Positions 16,301-25,623 of a stretch of 29,120 nucleotides of DNA are shown piece after piece (position 1 is the stretch's first letter; every line of letters starts with the position of its first letter). This stretch comes from a virus (lineage: Duplodnaviria; Caudoviricetes). The notes under the pieces are model-generated. The model did no database searches. It saw only the letters and a list, made by a program, of their open reading frames with translations, and had not been told where the DNA came from. Both the position numbers and the translations under genes were made by a program. Where the stretch lies: the IMG/VR virus record IMGVR_UViG_3300005931_000065, positions 1 through 29,120 of that record; one strand, written 5' to 3'.

Positions 16301-16878
16301 ACCAATTCCCTATTGATAAAGAACATACCATTATGCTGCATGAACGGTTTGATCATATTGCTGTGCATATTCCTGATGTCGTTTGTCACTTGACGACTGA
16401 ATGTGAAACCAGCCTCATCGAACTGCTCAATCCAATACGAAATCTCTTGACAATTGACATGATGATGTCCGTGGTCATTCTCAATAGGTGGAGCAGCAGT
16501 ACACACCACATACTTGCACCGCTTAAAAAGTTTCATGTAATTTGGAAGATATTTTTCTTCGACATGTTCAAGGAACTCGACACTCCATCCCAAATCGAAC
16601 GTGTTGCCTGTCTCCAATCGTTCAATCGAAAAGGGACCAGTGGTAAAATCATGGATATAAATAGGAAGCTTCCCATGATCTAACGTGAAATCTCCGTCAA
16701 CCCCAATTGACGCAATTCCCTTGTTGATTGCGATATCGACCATATCACCGGGACCACATCCAATATCGACCATTGTTTTGACACTGTAAGCCTTCTTAAG
16801 AAACTCCAGTGTGCCTCTATCAGTATGTACTTTATTCATATGACCACCTAGATGGTCTGGTAGTACGCCCTCATTCAT
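16297..16878 (-). CDS. Class I SAM-dependent methyltransferase
   Basis: VDIGCGPG, GVDGD, HDFT, FDLGWSVEFLEHV, HHVN. Confidence 0.85.
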   Translation of the reverse strand: MNEGVLPDHLGGHMNKVHTDRGTLEFLKKAYSVKTMVDIGCGPGDMVDIAINKGIASIGVDGDFTLDHGKLPIYIHDFTTGPFSIERLETGNTFDLGWSVEFLEHVEEKYLPNYMKLFKRCKYVVCTAAPPIENDHGHHHVNCQEISYWIEQFDEAGFTFSRQVTNDIRNMHSNMIKPFMQHNGMFFINRELV

Positions 16879-17152
16879 TATCTAACCCAAGCTCCCTTGT
16901 GTATCTGTTTAAAGTGTTCTTTTCCGTCTGGTTTATATGACGCATCAACCATACCCGATCAATGTCATCGACTTCATTAAGCCCCTTGATAGGTCTTCCC
17001 ATAGCATGAGACATAAACGAAGACGTGTATACTTCCTCACTACACACCGTCGCTGCTTTAACCAGAGCACTAGCAATATCTATGCGAAGTTGTCTGTGTG
17101 TGCCTGAACTCGATTCCAGTTGTTCATCACTAAAGGTTATCACTGTCTTCAT
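16871..17152 (-). CDS. Hypothetical protein
   Basis: Open frame in operon; start taken at ATG 17152 after GAGG. Confidence 0.6.
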   Translation of the reverse strand: MKTVITFSDEQLESSSGTHRQLRIDIASALVKAATVCSEEVYTSSFMSHAMGRPIKGLNEVDDIDRVWLMRHINQTEKNTLNRYTRELGLDNE

Positions 17153-17573
17153 TATATCGTCTCGCCTCAATTATATGCTGTGGTTTAGTGTGCCATTTAC
17201 CATTGATGTTGCCATTATAATACGTGTCGTCTTCAAGGACGTTACGAAGAAACTGCTGTTTTATCTCTTCATAATTCACATCTCCCCGTGTCTTATGAAG
17301 ACTCAATATGTAACGTGTAAAATTATACACACCTTTCTCTTTAATTGCAAGGGTTAATTCGGGACTAGAACCATAATAATTCTTCCAATCTGAATCACTT
17401 CTTACACGCCGTTTACCCTTTGCGGGTTTTCTTAGGTTGAAAAAATATTTCCTACCCACATATTTTTTCCCGTTAGTTTTGTCCACAATTAAGTAGACAA
17501 ATCCTTCGGTACCTTCAATGTTTTCTGTCTCAAATACTTTTCCATTAAATAACCAAGGGTTATCGTAGCTCAT
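17130..17573 (-). CDS. Small GIY-YIG-like endonuclease of the kind conserved in T4-like phages
   Basis: GFVY-10aa-YVG, SDWKNYYGSS, E and YYN motifs; directly after nrdB. Confidence 0.8.
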   Translation of the reverse strand: MSYDNPWLFNGKVFETENIEGTEGFVYLIVDKTNGKKYVGRKYFFNLRKPAKGKRRVRSDSDWKNYYGSSPELTLAIKEKGVYNFTRYILSLHKTRGDVNYEEIKQQFLRNVLEDDTYYNGNINGKWHTKPQHIIEARRYNEDSDNL

Positions 17574-18548
17574 TCATTCCTGTTGCCAAACGTTTTCCCA
17601 TGATCCAGTCAAAGTGCCTTTAGCATAATCAGTCACTCTATTTTCAAAAAAGTTTGTGTGTGTTGGTGCGTTAATCATTGATTCGACCCATAGTAGGGGA
17701 TTCTTCTTCACCTTGAAGATACCCTTCATACCCATAGAGATCAAACGACGATCAGCGATATAGCGAATATACGTCTTCACCTCATCTGCTGTTAGGTTTT
17801 CCATTGGTCCCATCTGAAAGGCAAGATCGACAAACTGATCTTCAAGCTCAACCATTTTGGTAGCAATGCTGTAAATTTCACCCTTAGTCTTATCATTCCA
17901 AAGAGAACGATCCTCTTCCAAAAGACGCCGGAACAGCTTAATCATACCCTCCGCATGCATTGTCTCATCAACAATAGACCACGTGATGATCTGACCCATA
18001 CCCTTCATCTTACCGTGCCTTGGGAAATTCAAAAGCATAATGAAGGATGAGAACAACGCAAGACCTTCAGTGAAGGCAGAGATAGCCGCAATCTTAACTG
18101 CAAGATTATCGTTGTTGTCAACTGTTTTCATAAAATATTCATGCTTATCACGCATAGCATCATATTCAAGAAACTCGTTATAGATAGAGTCTGGCATCCC
18201 CAAGGTTTCAATCAAATGGGAATATGCTGCAATGTGAATTGCTTCTCGTGCAGCAAATCCCATAAGCATCATTCTAACTTCGGGCTGTGGAAAATGTGGC
18301 AGGTAGTTGTCCACATAACCACCCGCAACGTCAATATCGGACTGTGTGAAGAAACGAAAAATTTGTGTTAGGAAAAACTTCTCTTCCTGAGATAGTTTGC
18401 TCTTCCAATCTTTAACATCTTCAAGCATTGGCACTTCTTGATGAAGCCAATGTGACTGCTCATGTTGAATCCACGCATCATAAAATTCAGGATACAGAAA
18501 TGGTTTGAACGAATCTCTTGTATCTCTTAGTGTCAGTTTCTTAGTCAT
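17574..18548 (-). CDS. nrdB: Ribonucleotide reductase class Ia beta subunit
   Basis: EAIHIAAY (iron ligands plus tyrosyl radical), TEG..LFSSF, DETMH, NFFE.R.TDY. Confidence 0.97.
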   Translation of the reverse strand: MTKKLTLRDTRDSFKPFLYPEFYDAWIQHEQSHWLHQEVPMLEDVKDWKSKLSQEEKFFLTQIFRFFTQSDIDVAGGYVDNYLPHFPQPEVRMMLMGFAAREAIHIAAYSHLIETLGMPDSIYNEFLEYDAMRDKHEYFMKTVDNNDNLAVKIAAISAFTEGLALFSSFIMLLNFPRHGKMKGMGQIITWSIVDETMHAEGMIKLFRRLLEEDRSLWNDKTKGEIYSIATKMVELEDQFVDLAFQMGPMENLTADEVKTYIRYIADRRLISMGMKGIFKVKKNPLLWVESMINAPTHTNFFENRVTDYAKGTLTGSWENVWQQE

Positions 18549-18757
18549 TTAACCACCTTCTTATAAGCCACAGTTGTACTCACGTCTGCCCCATATGCAG
18601 GACAAACATGAATGGTGTCTGGTAATCCATTCTGATCCTTATCCCCCGCCTCACCACAGATGAAATACACCCCGGCAAGGTCTTCTGCCTTCGAATGCTT
18701 TAGAATTTTGAGCATCCTTTGACATAGATCATATTCTTTATCACTAATGGTTTTCAT
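18545..18757 (-). CDS. Hypothetical protein between nrdA and nrdB
   Basis: ATG 18757 follows the nrdA stop with a GAAGG RBS; ATGA overlap with nrdB. Confidence 0.7.
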   Translation of the reverse strand: MKTISDKEYDLCQRMLKILKHSKAEDLAGVYFICGEAGDKDQNGLPDTIHVCPAYGADVSTTVAYKKVVK

Positions 18758-18758
18758 A

Positions 18759-20549
18759 TCAACCTTCGCAAGCAAGACAATCTTCACCAGCTACCATAGC
18801 TTGAAGATCGATTTCCTTAATAATGTCTCTCTCGATACGTTGAGCCACACGATCCGCACGACCGATCTTTTCAGACCGGCAATAATACATCGTCTTCAGA
18901 CCAAGTTTCCAAGCCATGAAATGTACAGAATGAAGATACGTGATATTAGCACCCGGTCTAAAAAACACATTTAGTGACTGGGATTGATCGATGAACTTCT
19001 GTCTATCTGCTGCTAGATCAATAACCCAACGCTGATCAATCTCCATTGCAGTTTTGAACACACTCTTCTCAATATCAGTGAACATTTTGAGATGCTGTAC
19101 CGAACCATCATTAGACATGATGGAAGACCAAATCTCATCGTATTTTAGCTTCTCATTCTTCGCACAATAATCCTTGATGATCTGATCAAGAAACTTGTTT
19201 TTGTTTGTGTAAGAACCAGATAGAGTATCTTGTCGATAAGCGTTTGCTCTCCACGGTTCAACAGATGGTGATGTGTTCCCCATAATAATGGATGAACTGG
19301 CATTAGGCGCAACAGCCATGACATGTGAAAATCTTTGCCCAGTACCAGCGCAATCAGGAGCTTCACCGCGCTCACTACCAAGATGTTGATTTGCATCATC
19401 AAGACGTTTTCTGATATGTTTAAAAATCTTCTTGTTAATCGACTTAGCACCTACAGACTCAAACGGCACACTATAACTCTGAAGGTATGCATGAAAACCA
19501 AGAGCACCAACACCAATAGAACGCTCACGCATAGCGGAAAACTTTGCACGTGAAATTGTGTCAGGAGCACGATCAATAAAAACCCTAAGAACATTGTCTA
19601 GCATTTCTGCAATGTCTTGTAGGAACAAAGGAACCTTAGACCACGAATCAAAATACTCAATATTTACTGATGAAAGACAGCATACTGCTGTACGTTCTGC
19701 TGAAGTTGGTAGGATGATTTCCGAACATAGATTGGACTGATTGATTCTCAATCCACGGGACTTCAGGTATTCTGGGAGTTGTCTATTCGACTCATCAATA
19801 AAATGTAGATAAGGTTCTCCCGTCTGCATACGAAGTTCAAGAATTTTCTGCCAAAGCAATTTAGCAGATACCACTTCACGGACTTCTTTACTGAATGGAT
19901 CAACCAATTCCCATGAATCATCAGCATTAGGATCAATCATGCACTGCTCGATAATTTCCATAAAATCATCAGTTATATTGATACCGTGATGAATATTCAA
20001 ACAACGAAGATTTGGATCACCAGTTGGTTTTCTAATATCTAGGAACATTGTAATATCAGGGTGTGAAATGTCAAGATATGCCGCGTAAGAACCTCTACGT
20101 GTTTTGCCTTGACGATATGCAAGAGAAGACGCATCATACATTTTCAAATGGGGGAGAACACCAGTGGACTTATCATCCGCTGATCGTATTCCAAAACCAA
20201 CACCAACACCACCACCAAGCATTGATAGCCAATTGGTCTCCGACAAAGTGTCTACAAGACCTGAAGACGTGTCATCAATATAATTTAGATAGCAAGAAAT
20301 GGGCAATCCATTATCGGTTCTACCATAAGCCAGAATTGGTGTAGAGAATGATAACCATAACTTTGATGCATACTCATACAGTCTCTGTGCATGTTCTGGA
20401 TTCGAAGAAAATGTCTTAGCCACAAACGCAAATCTCTCTTGTGGAGAGATTTCTGTATCCATCATATACGATTCCTTTAATCGTGTTCTGCCAGATGGGC
20501 CAATCAGCACATCCCTGTTTGGGTCTATTGTAATTCCGTGTACTTGCAT
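18759..20549 (-). CDS. nrdA: Ribonucleotide reductase class Ia alpha subunit (short, no ATP cone)
   Basis: PISCY, SNLCSEI, VCCLSS, APNASSS, KTMYY, C-terminal CLACEG. Confidence 0.97.
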   Translation of the reverse strand: MQVHGITIDPNRDVLIGPSGRTRLKESYMMDTEISPQERFAFVAKTFSSNPEHAQRLYEYASKLWLSFSTPILAYGRTDNGLPISCYLNYIDDTSSGLVDTLSETNWLSMLGGGVGVGFGIRSADDKSTGVLPHLKMYDASSLAYRQGKTRRGSYAAYLDISHPDITMFLDIRKPTGDPNLRCLNIHHGINITDDFMEIIEQCMIDPNADDSWELVDPFSKEVREVVSAKLLWQKILELRMQTGEPYLHFIDESNRQLPEYLKSRGLRINQSNLCSEIILPTSAERTAVCCLSSVNIEYFDSWSKVPLFLQDIAEMLDNVLRVFIDRAPDTISRAKFSAMRERSIGVGALGFHAYLQSYSVPFESVGAKSINKKIFKHIRKRLDDANQHLGSERGEAPDCAGTGQRFSHVMAVAPNASSSIIMGNTSPSVEPWRANAYRQDTLSGSYTNKNKFLDQIIKDYCAKNEKLKYDEIWSSIMSNDGSVQHLKMFTDIEKSVFKTAMEIDQRWVIDLAADRQKFIDQSQSLNVFFRPGANITYLHSVHFMAWKLGLKTMYYCRSEKIGRADRVAQRIERDIIKEIDLQAMVAGEDCLACEG

Positions 20550-20583
20550 ATCTTGAAAATCTCTTTCTTATTATCGTTAGGGT

Positions 20584-21588
20584 TTATACAGCCATTGGTG
20601 CTTTGATTGTAGGAAGTGGGTGATAATACCTAACCCCAAAATTGCTTGCTGTGAATGTATCAAATTTCAATTCTTTGATATCACTTATGTTATCGCGCAC
20701 TTGCATATGTGGGTTTTTGATACGTGCCCGAGCCAAAGAATAAGCAGCAGCCTCATCAAAAGGTTCTCCCCTTGCTTCTTGTACCCCTTTAATATTGGCT
20801 ATCTCATCAGTTATAGACGAAACATGTAGTCTTTGACTTTCTGGCTTTGGCATATCAAAAGTTGTGAAATTCTTTGTAGACTTCCTACGCATCATCTCAT
20901 GGACACCACGCATATGGTTGCTATAGATATGGACATCGCTACCAGTCCAAACAAGTTTACCGACCTTGATATCACCCACGACTAAACAGAGGATTTTCAT
21001 CAATGCAGCATAACTAGCCAGATTGAAAGGAACCCCAAGAAACATGTCACAACTTCTCTGGAAGACATGTGCGTTTAATCTTCCATCTAGAACCCTGAAG
21101 TGTACCATAACATGACATGGTGGTAAAGCTGCGTTTGGGGTATCGCTTGGATTAAAACTTGTGAGCATAATCTGTCTTGACGAACGAGAATTCTTCAATT
21201 GATCAACAATATTCTTGATCTGATCAACACTATCGTTCCAATTTCTCCACTGATGTCCATAAAGGTTTCCCGGACCACCATTAGCTTTGATGTTCTCGTA
21301 CCAAATAGTATCAGCCTCATTCTGTTCACTGAACCTTGCCAAAGAAGCATTATCAGAACTACCAGATAGAAACCATAACAACTCACCCATAACCAACTTG
21401 ATAGGTGTTTTCTTCAGTGATATAAGCGGGAAACCTTCATGCTCAACATCATGGACAATCTGCACCCCACCAAATACTGTAAGACATTCCACTCCGGTTC
21501 TTGTCTCTACCCATTCACCATTGTCCAAAACATACTGCATCGCTGCTTTATACTTGTCATCAATATGCACATAATTACTGTCACTCAT
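20584..21588 (-). CDS. thyA: Thymidylate synthase (ThyA/Td) with C-terminal insertion
   Basis: RTG, ELLWFLSG, YGHQWR, LPPCH, QRSCD.FLGVPFN, HIYSNH, IKAPMAV; start at ATG 21588 (TAATG). Confidence 0.95.
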   Translation of the reverse strand: MSDSNYVHIDDKYKAAMQYVLDNGEWVETRTGVECLTVFGGVQIVHDVEHEGFPLISLKKTPIKLVMGELLWFLSGSSDNASLARFSEQNEADTIWYENIKANGGPGNLYGHQWRNWNDSVDQIKNIVDQLKNSRSSRQIMLTSFNPSDTPNAALPPCHVMVHFRVLDGRLNAHVFQRSCDMFLGVPFNLASYAALMKILCLVVGDIKVGKLVWTGSDVHIYSNHMRGVHEMMRRKSTKNFTTFDMPKPESQRLHVSSITDEIANIKGVQEARGEPFDEAAAYSLARARIKNPHMQVRDNISDIKELKFDTFTASNFGVRYYHPLPTIKAPMAV

Positions 21589-22610
21589 TAACATTTTCTC
21601 CACTGTTGGATTGCCAATCTCAAACGGGCATCTTTGAAGGTATTAGTATTTATAGTCTCTAGCAATTCTTCTTGTGAATAACCCGAAAGAATCATCTCAT
21701 TCACATCTTTTTCTGTAATGTGTGTTGGCCAGACAACAACTCTGAAGCCCTGATTAGCAGCCTTGATGTATTCTCGACACACCTGCTTATTTCTTGGTTG
21801 GTTATCGAACACAAGAACTGCCTTATCTTTAGACACATATTCTCCTGCCAGTGTGAGATTTGCATTACCAACAGCAGCAGCATTTTCAAAGAACAGAGAA
21901 TCCAATGGACCCTCAAACCAATACGATGTCTTCGTCATATCGAGTCTGTCATGACCAAACGTAAGAGGTAGCTCATCGTTAACTTTGATAATCATATATC
22001 GTAAAGGGTGATTTGGGTCGAACGATCTACAGGTTAGACCAATCAATTTCCCTTGACGACTAAAACACGGAATTGCAAGACGTGCTTCATGAGTATCAAT
22101 CCTATCGGCATATCTTGGAAGGAGCTGCCCAATCTTTGACACATCATCCACATAGTAGAGTAGTCTGAATTTATCTTCTGGTATCATTCTGGAACGGCAA
22201 TATTTAACTGCCACATGATCATCGTCTAGACGACTTACCCGATCCATGAGTTTATCAATGAGTCTCTCATCTTCTGGTATATCAAATTTTGGTTGTTCGA
22301 ATACCATTTCCTTTTCTTCATCCGAATTACCATCTTTATAGGTCTCCAAAACATACTGTTGATGGAGTTGTGGATTCACTGTTTTAAGGAAATTCTTGAA
22401 GACTAAACCTTCAGAGCAATTATGACATTTGAATACAAGCTTCTGATGTTTGACATACAGAAAACCTCTTGTCTTACTCTTATTCTTTTTTGAATCACCA
22501 CAAATAGGACATCGAAAACTAGATAGATATGGATTGTTTTGTTTTACAGTATATCGTTCAAGACTATTACTGAGCATTGAAGCATATTTAATATCCAACC
22601 AAAGTGACAT
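21588..22610 (-). CDS. 61: T4-type DNA primase gp61
   Basis: CPICGDS...CHNC zinc ribbon, EGPLDSLF, FDNQPRN, KDVNEM. Confidence 0.95.
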   Translation of the reverse strand: MSLWLDIKYASMLSNSLERYTVKQNNPYLSSFRCPICGDSKKNKSKTRGFLYVKHQKLVFKCHNCSEGLVFKNFLKTVNPQLHQQYVLETYKDGNSDEEKEMVFEQPKFDIPEDERLIDKLMDRVSRLDDDHVAVKYCRSRMIPEDKFRLLYYVDDVSKIGQLLPRYADRIDTHEARLAIPCFSRQGKLIGLTCRSFDPNHPLRYMIIKVNDELPLTFGHDRLDMTKTSYWFEGPLDSLFFENAAAVGNANLTLAGEYVSKDKAVLVFDNQPRNKQVCREYIKAANQGFRVVVWPTHITEKDVNEMILSGYSQEELLETINTNTFKDARLRLAIQQWRKC

Positions 22611-22664
22611 TCTATAATCCTAAACAATTAAAAGATTCCAATATTTCAAATGGACCACAGGCCC

Positions 22665-22692
22665 ATTATACCGATTTTCTTAAATTAGTCAA
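22665..22692 (-). promoter_or_regulatory. Sigma70-type promoter for the primase-nrd-sugar operon
   Basis: TTGACT-16 nt-TATAAT. Confidence 0.75.
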
Positions 22693-22695
22693 GGA

Positions 22696-23025
22696 TTATT
22701 TGCGGCCAAGCCAAGATGAAAAGCCCATATACGCACCAACGATACCGGAAAGCGCGATAACCACCATACCGATTTCACCAAGTATAATAGCCAATCTTGC
22801 ATCTGGGATAAAACCGAACACACCAACGACAAATAGCATGATTGCGATTATAATGATAGAGACAAGTGATACCCACGCCATATGACGCTGAGCAAGTTGT
22901 TTTCTGTCAAAAATATCAACTTCATCGTCGCTAACGATACCATCGTTATTAACATCAGCTTCCTCTTTAGGCCGATATCTATTGCTTCTTATTGAGGTGT
23001 GTCTGTCGTAATTATCTCTGTCCAT
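22696..23025 (-). CDS. Putative holin (two TM helices)
   Basis: Hydrophilic N-terminus, two hydrophobic segments, basic C-terminus; last gene of the lysis cassette. Confidence 0.55.
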   Translation of the reverse strand: MDRDNYDRHTSIRSNRYRPKEEADVNNDGIVSDDEVDIFDRKQLAQRHMAWVSLVSIIIIAIMLFVVGVFGFIPDARLAIILGEIGMVVIALSGIVGAYMGFSSWLGRK

Positions 23026-23413
23026 TGGAGTTGCCTTCGTAGTACTCCCTATACTGCTCTAGGATGGAATTCTGGAGAACAATATAGCTCTGAACCTTTT
23101 TTAGATTGAGTGCAAGAGCCTCATAATCTTCTACTCTTAGGGCAAACAAGACCGGACTTTGGTTCGCACCGAATTCTGCAAAGACCTCATCGAAATTATC
23201 TTTTGTTATCACAACAAATTCAACATCTCCCAATCTAGGAGTGGCTGTGTTTGGTATGTTCAGTTGTACTCGTTCGCTCTCAACAGTTCTAACATCAATT
23301 GCGTCTACCGAAGAACAAGCCCCAAGACTAATTGAAGCTAGTAAAATTAGGATTAGCGATGTCGAAACAGAGAGTGTTGATTTCTGATTTTTTGGTTGCT
23401 GATGTTTCTGCAT
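23012..23413 (-). CDS. o-spanin (outer-membrane lipoprotein)
   Basis: Signal peptide with LGAC lipobox; start overlaps the 3' end of the i-spanin gene. Confidence 0.8.
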   Translation of the reverse strand: MQKHQQPKNQKSTLSVSTSLILILLASISLGACSSVDAIDVRTVESERVQLNIPNTATPRLGDVEFVVITKDNFDEVFAEFGANQSPVLFALRVEDYEALALNLKKVQSYIVLQNSILEQYREYYEGNSNGQR

Positions 23414-23843
23414 TAGTCAGCTTTGCTCCCATTGAGATTTCCAAACAACGCAAAGCGTTTTTGGATGCTATGTTAATTATCCTTCTTACAGAGTTTGATG
23501 AGTTGGTTGCAAGTTCCCCAATATCTCGTCTTTTCCCAACAGCATTAACCTTGTTAAACTTATCACGAAGTTCGTTAATACCCTCTGCCTGTTGATCTCT
23601 AACTCTCTGAAGCTTAAGGTTTGCTTCTATAACGTTTCCTATATCCCTTGTTTGTTGATCAATAACATCTTGTTGTTTACTAATCGATTCTGTAAGCTTC
23701 TCGTTATTTATTTCTAAGACAGCAACCGTTGATTTGAGATTGCCATTCTGAACGAATAAATACGCCACAAAAAGCCCAATAAGAATTACTGGAAGTGCCT
23801 TTAGTACAATTGGCAGAATTTTCACAAAAGATAATCCAAACAT
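23328..23843 (-). CDS. i-spanin
   Basis: N-terminal TM helix, long coiled coil, two C-terminal Cys; between endolysin and lipoprotein. Confidence 0.8.
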   Translation of the reverse strand: MFGLSFVKILPIVLKALPVILIGLFVAYLFVQNGNLKSTVAVLEINNEKLTESISKQQDVIDQQTRDIGNVIEANLKLQRVRDQQAEGINELRDKFNKVNAVGKRRDIGELATNSSNSVRRIINIASKNALRCLEISMGAKLTNAETSATKKSEINTLCFDIANPNFTSFN

Positions 23844-24283
23844 TATGCTCTCCTATAATTAGTTTTGCCGTTGATCTTTTCGGCAATAAGAGCTTCACTA
23901 CGGTTCTGTGTATCATTCGACCACGAAACATGAATCCATCTCGCAAACTCATAGATGACTTGATCATATTCTAGGTTTTCGATAATCCAATCAAAAACTT
24001 CTTCAAGATCAACGCCTTCTACATAAAAATCAGCCGCCTCTCCTTTTGTGTGTTGTGAAGTTCGTGCTCCACCAACAGCTTCGTTTAGCATGGGTACACG
24101 AAGACCAGATGTAATTCTTACGGAACGCCCAAAGTGATCGCGAATTGGTTGCATAATATTTTCAGCAAGAGCAATGATATTGTCTTCCTGTAGTGGAGAT
24201 GGGGTATTATCAATACCTCTCTCTTCTGCTGTATCGCTATGAGTGAATTCCTCAAGCGTAAAATTCTCTGTGATTCTACCCAT
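23843..24283 (-). CDS. Endolysin, peptidase M15A family
   Basis: NFTLEEF..S.TA, TSGLR...LN.AVGG..TSQH.KGEAAD, WIHVS; start at ATG 24283. Confidence 0.88.
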   Translation of the reverse strand: MGRITENFTLEEFTHSDTAEERGIDNTPSPLQEDNIIALAENIMQPIRDHFGRSVRITSGLRVPMLNEAVGGARTSQHTKGEAADFYVEGVDLEEVFDWIIENLEYDQVIYEFARWIHVSWSNDTQNRSEALIAEKINGKTNYRRA

Positions 24284-24815
24284 TGTTTTTAGCCTTTGCA
24301 TACCTTTTCAGATACGCAACCCCATTAATGTATCTACCCTTCCGTTTCTTGTCTCCGTATGGACCAATCTTTAAAGAAGGTGATTTCCAGTGTGCGGCAT
24401 CGTCTCCTGTGCCAGCTACTGCTGCCCCGGTAGACATTGTTGGTGCGTCTTCTACCAACATCGAAATTGTAGAGTAGTTTGAACCCATTTCCTCAATGAG
24501 TTCTTCGATCAATTCATCATCATCATAATAAGCCAAGCGTTCGATATCTCTATCTTCACGCATAAGAAGCATTGCTCCAGCAATACTCGCATACTTGTTA
24601 TCAAGACGCGCTTTTTGAAGAATTCTTTTGATGTTAAACACTAACCGATCAAAAAGAGTATAGGCTTTTCTTTCTTCATTAGTAGAAGCCTTTTTTAGAA
24701 GCTTTCCATCTGCATCAATAAGACCCAATCCAAATGCATCAGTCTCATTAAAAGGAGTTGCAATCCTCTTAACAAACTGATATACTATGAAAGTGTCTAT
24801 TACTCTCGATGACAT
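24276..24815 (-). CDS. Conserved T4-like hypothetical protein
   Basis: YQFVKRIATPF..TDAF.LGLID.DG and AYT.FDRLVFNIKR blocks. Confidence 0.75.
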   Translation of the reverse strand: MSSRVIDTFIVYQFVKRIATPFNETDAFGLGLIDADGKLLKKASTNEERKAYTLFDRLVFNIKRILQKARLDNKYASIAGAMLLMREDRDIERLAYYDDDELIEELIEEMGSNYSTISMLVEDAPTMSTGAAVAGTGDDAAHWKSPSLKIGPYGDKKRKGRYINGVAYLKRYAKAKNNG

Positions 24816-25192
24816 TCAAACTTCCTCAATCTTTCTACAATATCATCACTCATAGGCACATCTGAACCATAAATGATGTTATTGTTTAATTCGATTGTTG
24901 TAGGCCATCGACTAAGATAAAGAAGAAATGGTTTAAGGAGGTAATCAAAATCACCTAACTTCAGCATAAGCATCTCTGTGCACTGTTTTTGTGGAAACAC
25001 ATTGTAGAGCACGATAAGATGGTTAATAACCAACCTCTCTTTAATCTCACCCTTCAGCTTATACTTACTGAACAATCGTCTAATATACTTTATCCGGTTC
25101 AAATCATCTGCGAATTCGGTGACATCCGTACAGCTTGGATTGTCATAATATTTCGCAGCATACAAATCAAACGTACTATCACTAAGCTTCAT
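24800..25192 (-). CDS. Conserved T4-like hypothetical protein
   Basis: YAAKYYDNP.C...EF.DDL.RIKYI.RL and ERL..NH.I.LYNVF blocks. Confidence 0.8.
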   Translation of the reverse strand: MKLSDSTFDLYAAKYYDNPSCTDVTEFADDLNRIKYIRRLFSKYKLKGEIKERLVINHLIVLYNVFPQKQCTEMLMLKLGDFDYLLKPFLLYLSRWPTTIELNNNIIYGSDVPMSDDIVERLRKFECHRE

Positions 25193-25194
25193 GA

Positions 25195-25620
25195 TTATGG
25201 AGTAAATGCGCTAATAGCCACTCTCTTGATTTCTGTATTGGACACCGCAACATATAGATAGTTTTCATCCCAAAAAAACGAACCTTGTAGCCCACCAGAA
25301 CCAAGAACAGTAGTCGTATTGTTAGAAGACACTGTTGTAGCATTTGCCAGAGTCACATACCCTGAATTAATCTTTGGTCCTTTCGAACCAGTAAAATTCA
25401 CATTTGAAGAAATCACCGTGTTACTGTGATTTAACGTTGTGTTGCCTGTCAGTGTGGTTGTCCCACTAATAGCAGTATTGGAAGGAACCCCACCGAAAAG
25501 GTTCTTTAGTGTGATCCTTTTCGATGTGGGTGTCCCATTTGCATCATCAATAATAACCAAAAGGTCCGCACTAGCGGGTGTGGTTAATGATGTTAACTGA
25601 CTGATTTTTTGGTCAGCCAT
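25195..25620 (-). CDS. Probable virion fibre/decoration protein
   Basis: MADQKISQLT..DLLVIID..SKRIT N-terminal motif; Thr/Ser/Gly-rich; WDENYLYVAV C-terminus. Confidence 0.65.
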   Translation of the reverse strand: MADQKISQLTSLTTPASADLLVIIDDANGTPTSKRITLKNLFGGVPSNTAISGTTTLTGNTTLNHSNTVISSNVNFTGSKGPKINSGYVTLANATTVSSNNTTTVLGSGGLQGSFFWDENYLYVAVSNTEIKRVAISAFTP

Positions 25621-25623
25621 CTA

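Noticed and set aside
16656-16663. Plus-strand TATAAATA late-promoter match
   Set aside because: It lies antisense inside the methyltransferase gene with no credible downstream gene; likely chance
17130-17573. Mobile homing endonuclease next to nrdB
   Set aside because: It is only a catalytic-size domain with no DNA-binding extension and resembles a conserved T4-like gene
20584-21588. ThyA homolog as a dCMP/dUMP hydroxymethylase supplying a glycosylation handle
   Set aside because: It keeps the canonical dUMP-specifying Asn (GVPFN) and the typical ThyA C-terminus, so it reads as an ordinary thymidylate synthase
17574-21588. Group I introns or inteins in nrdB, nrdA or thyA
   Set aside because: All three frames are continuous and show no splicing motifs
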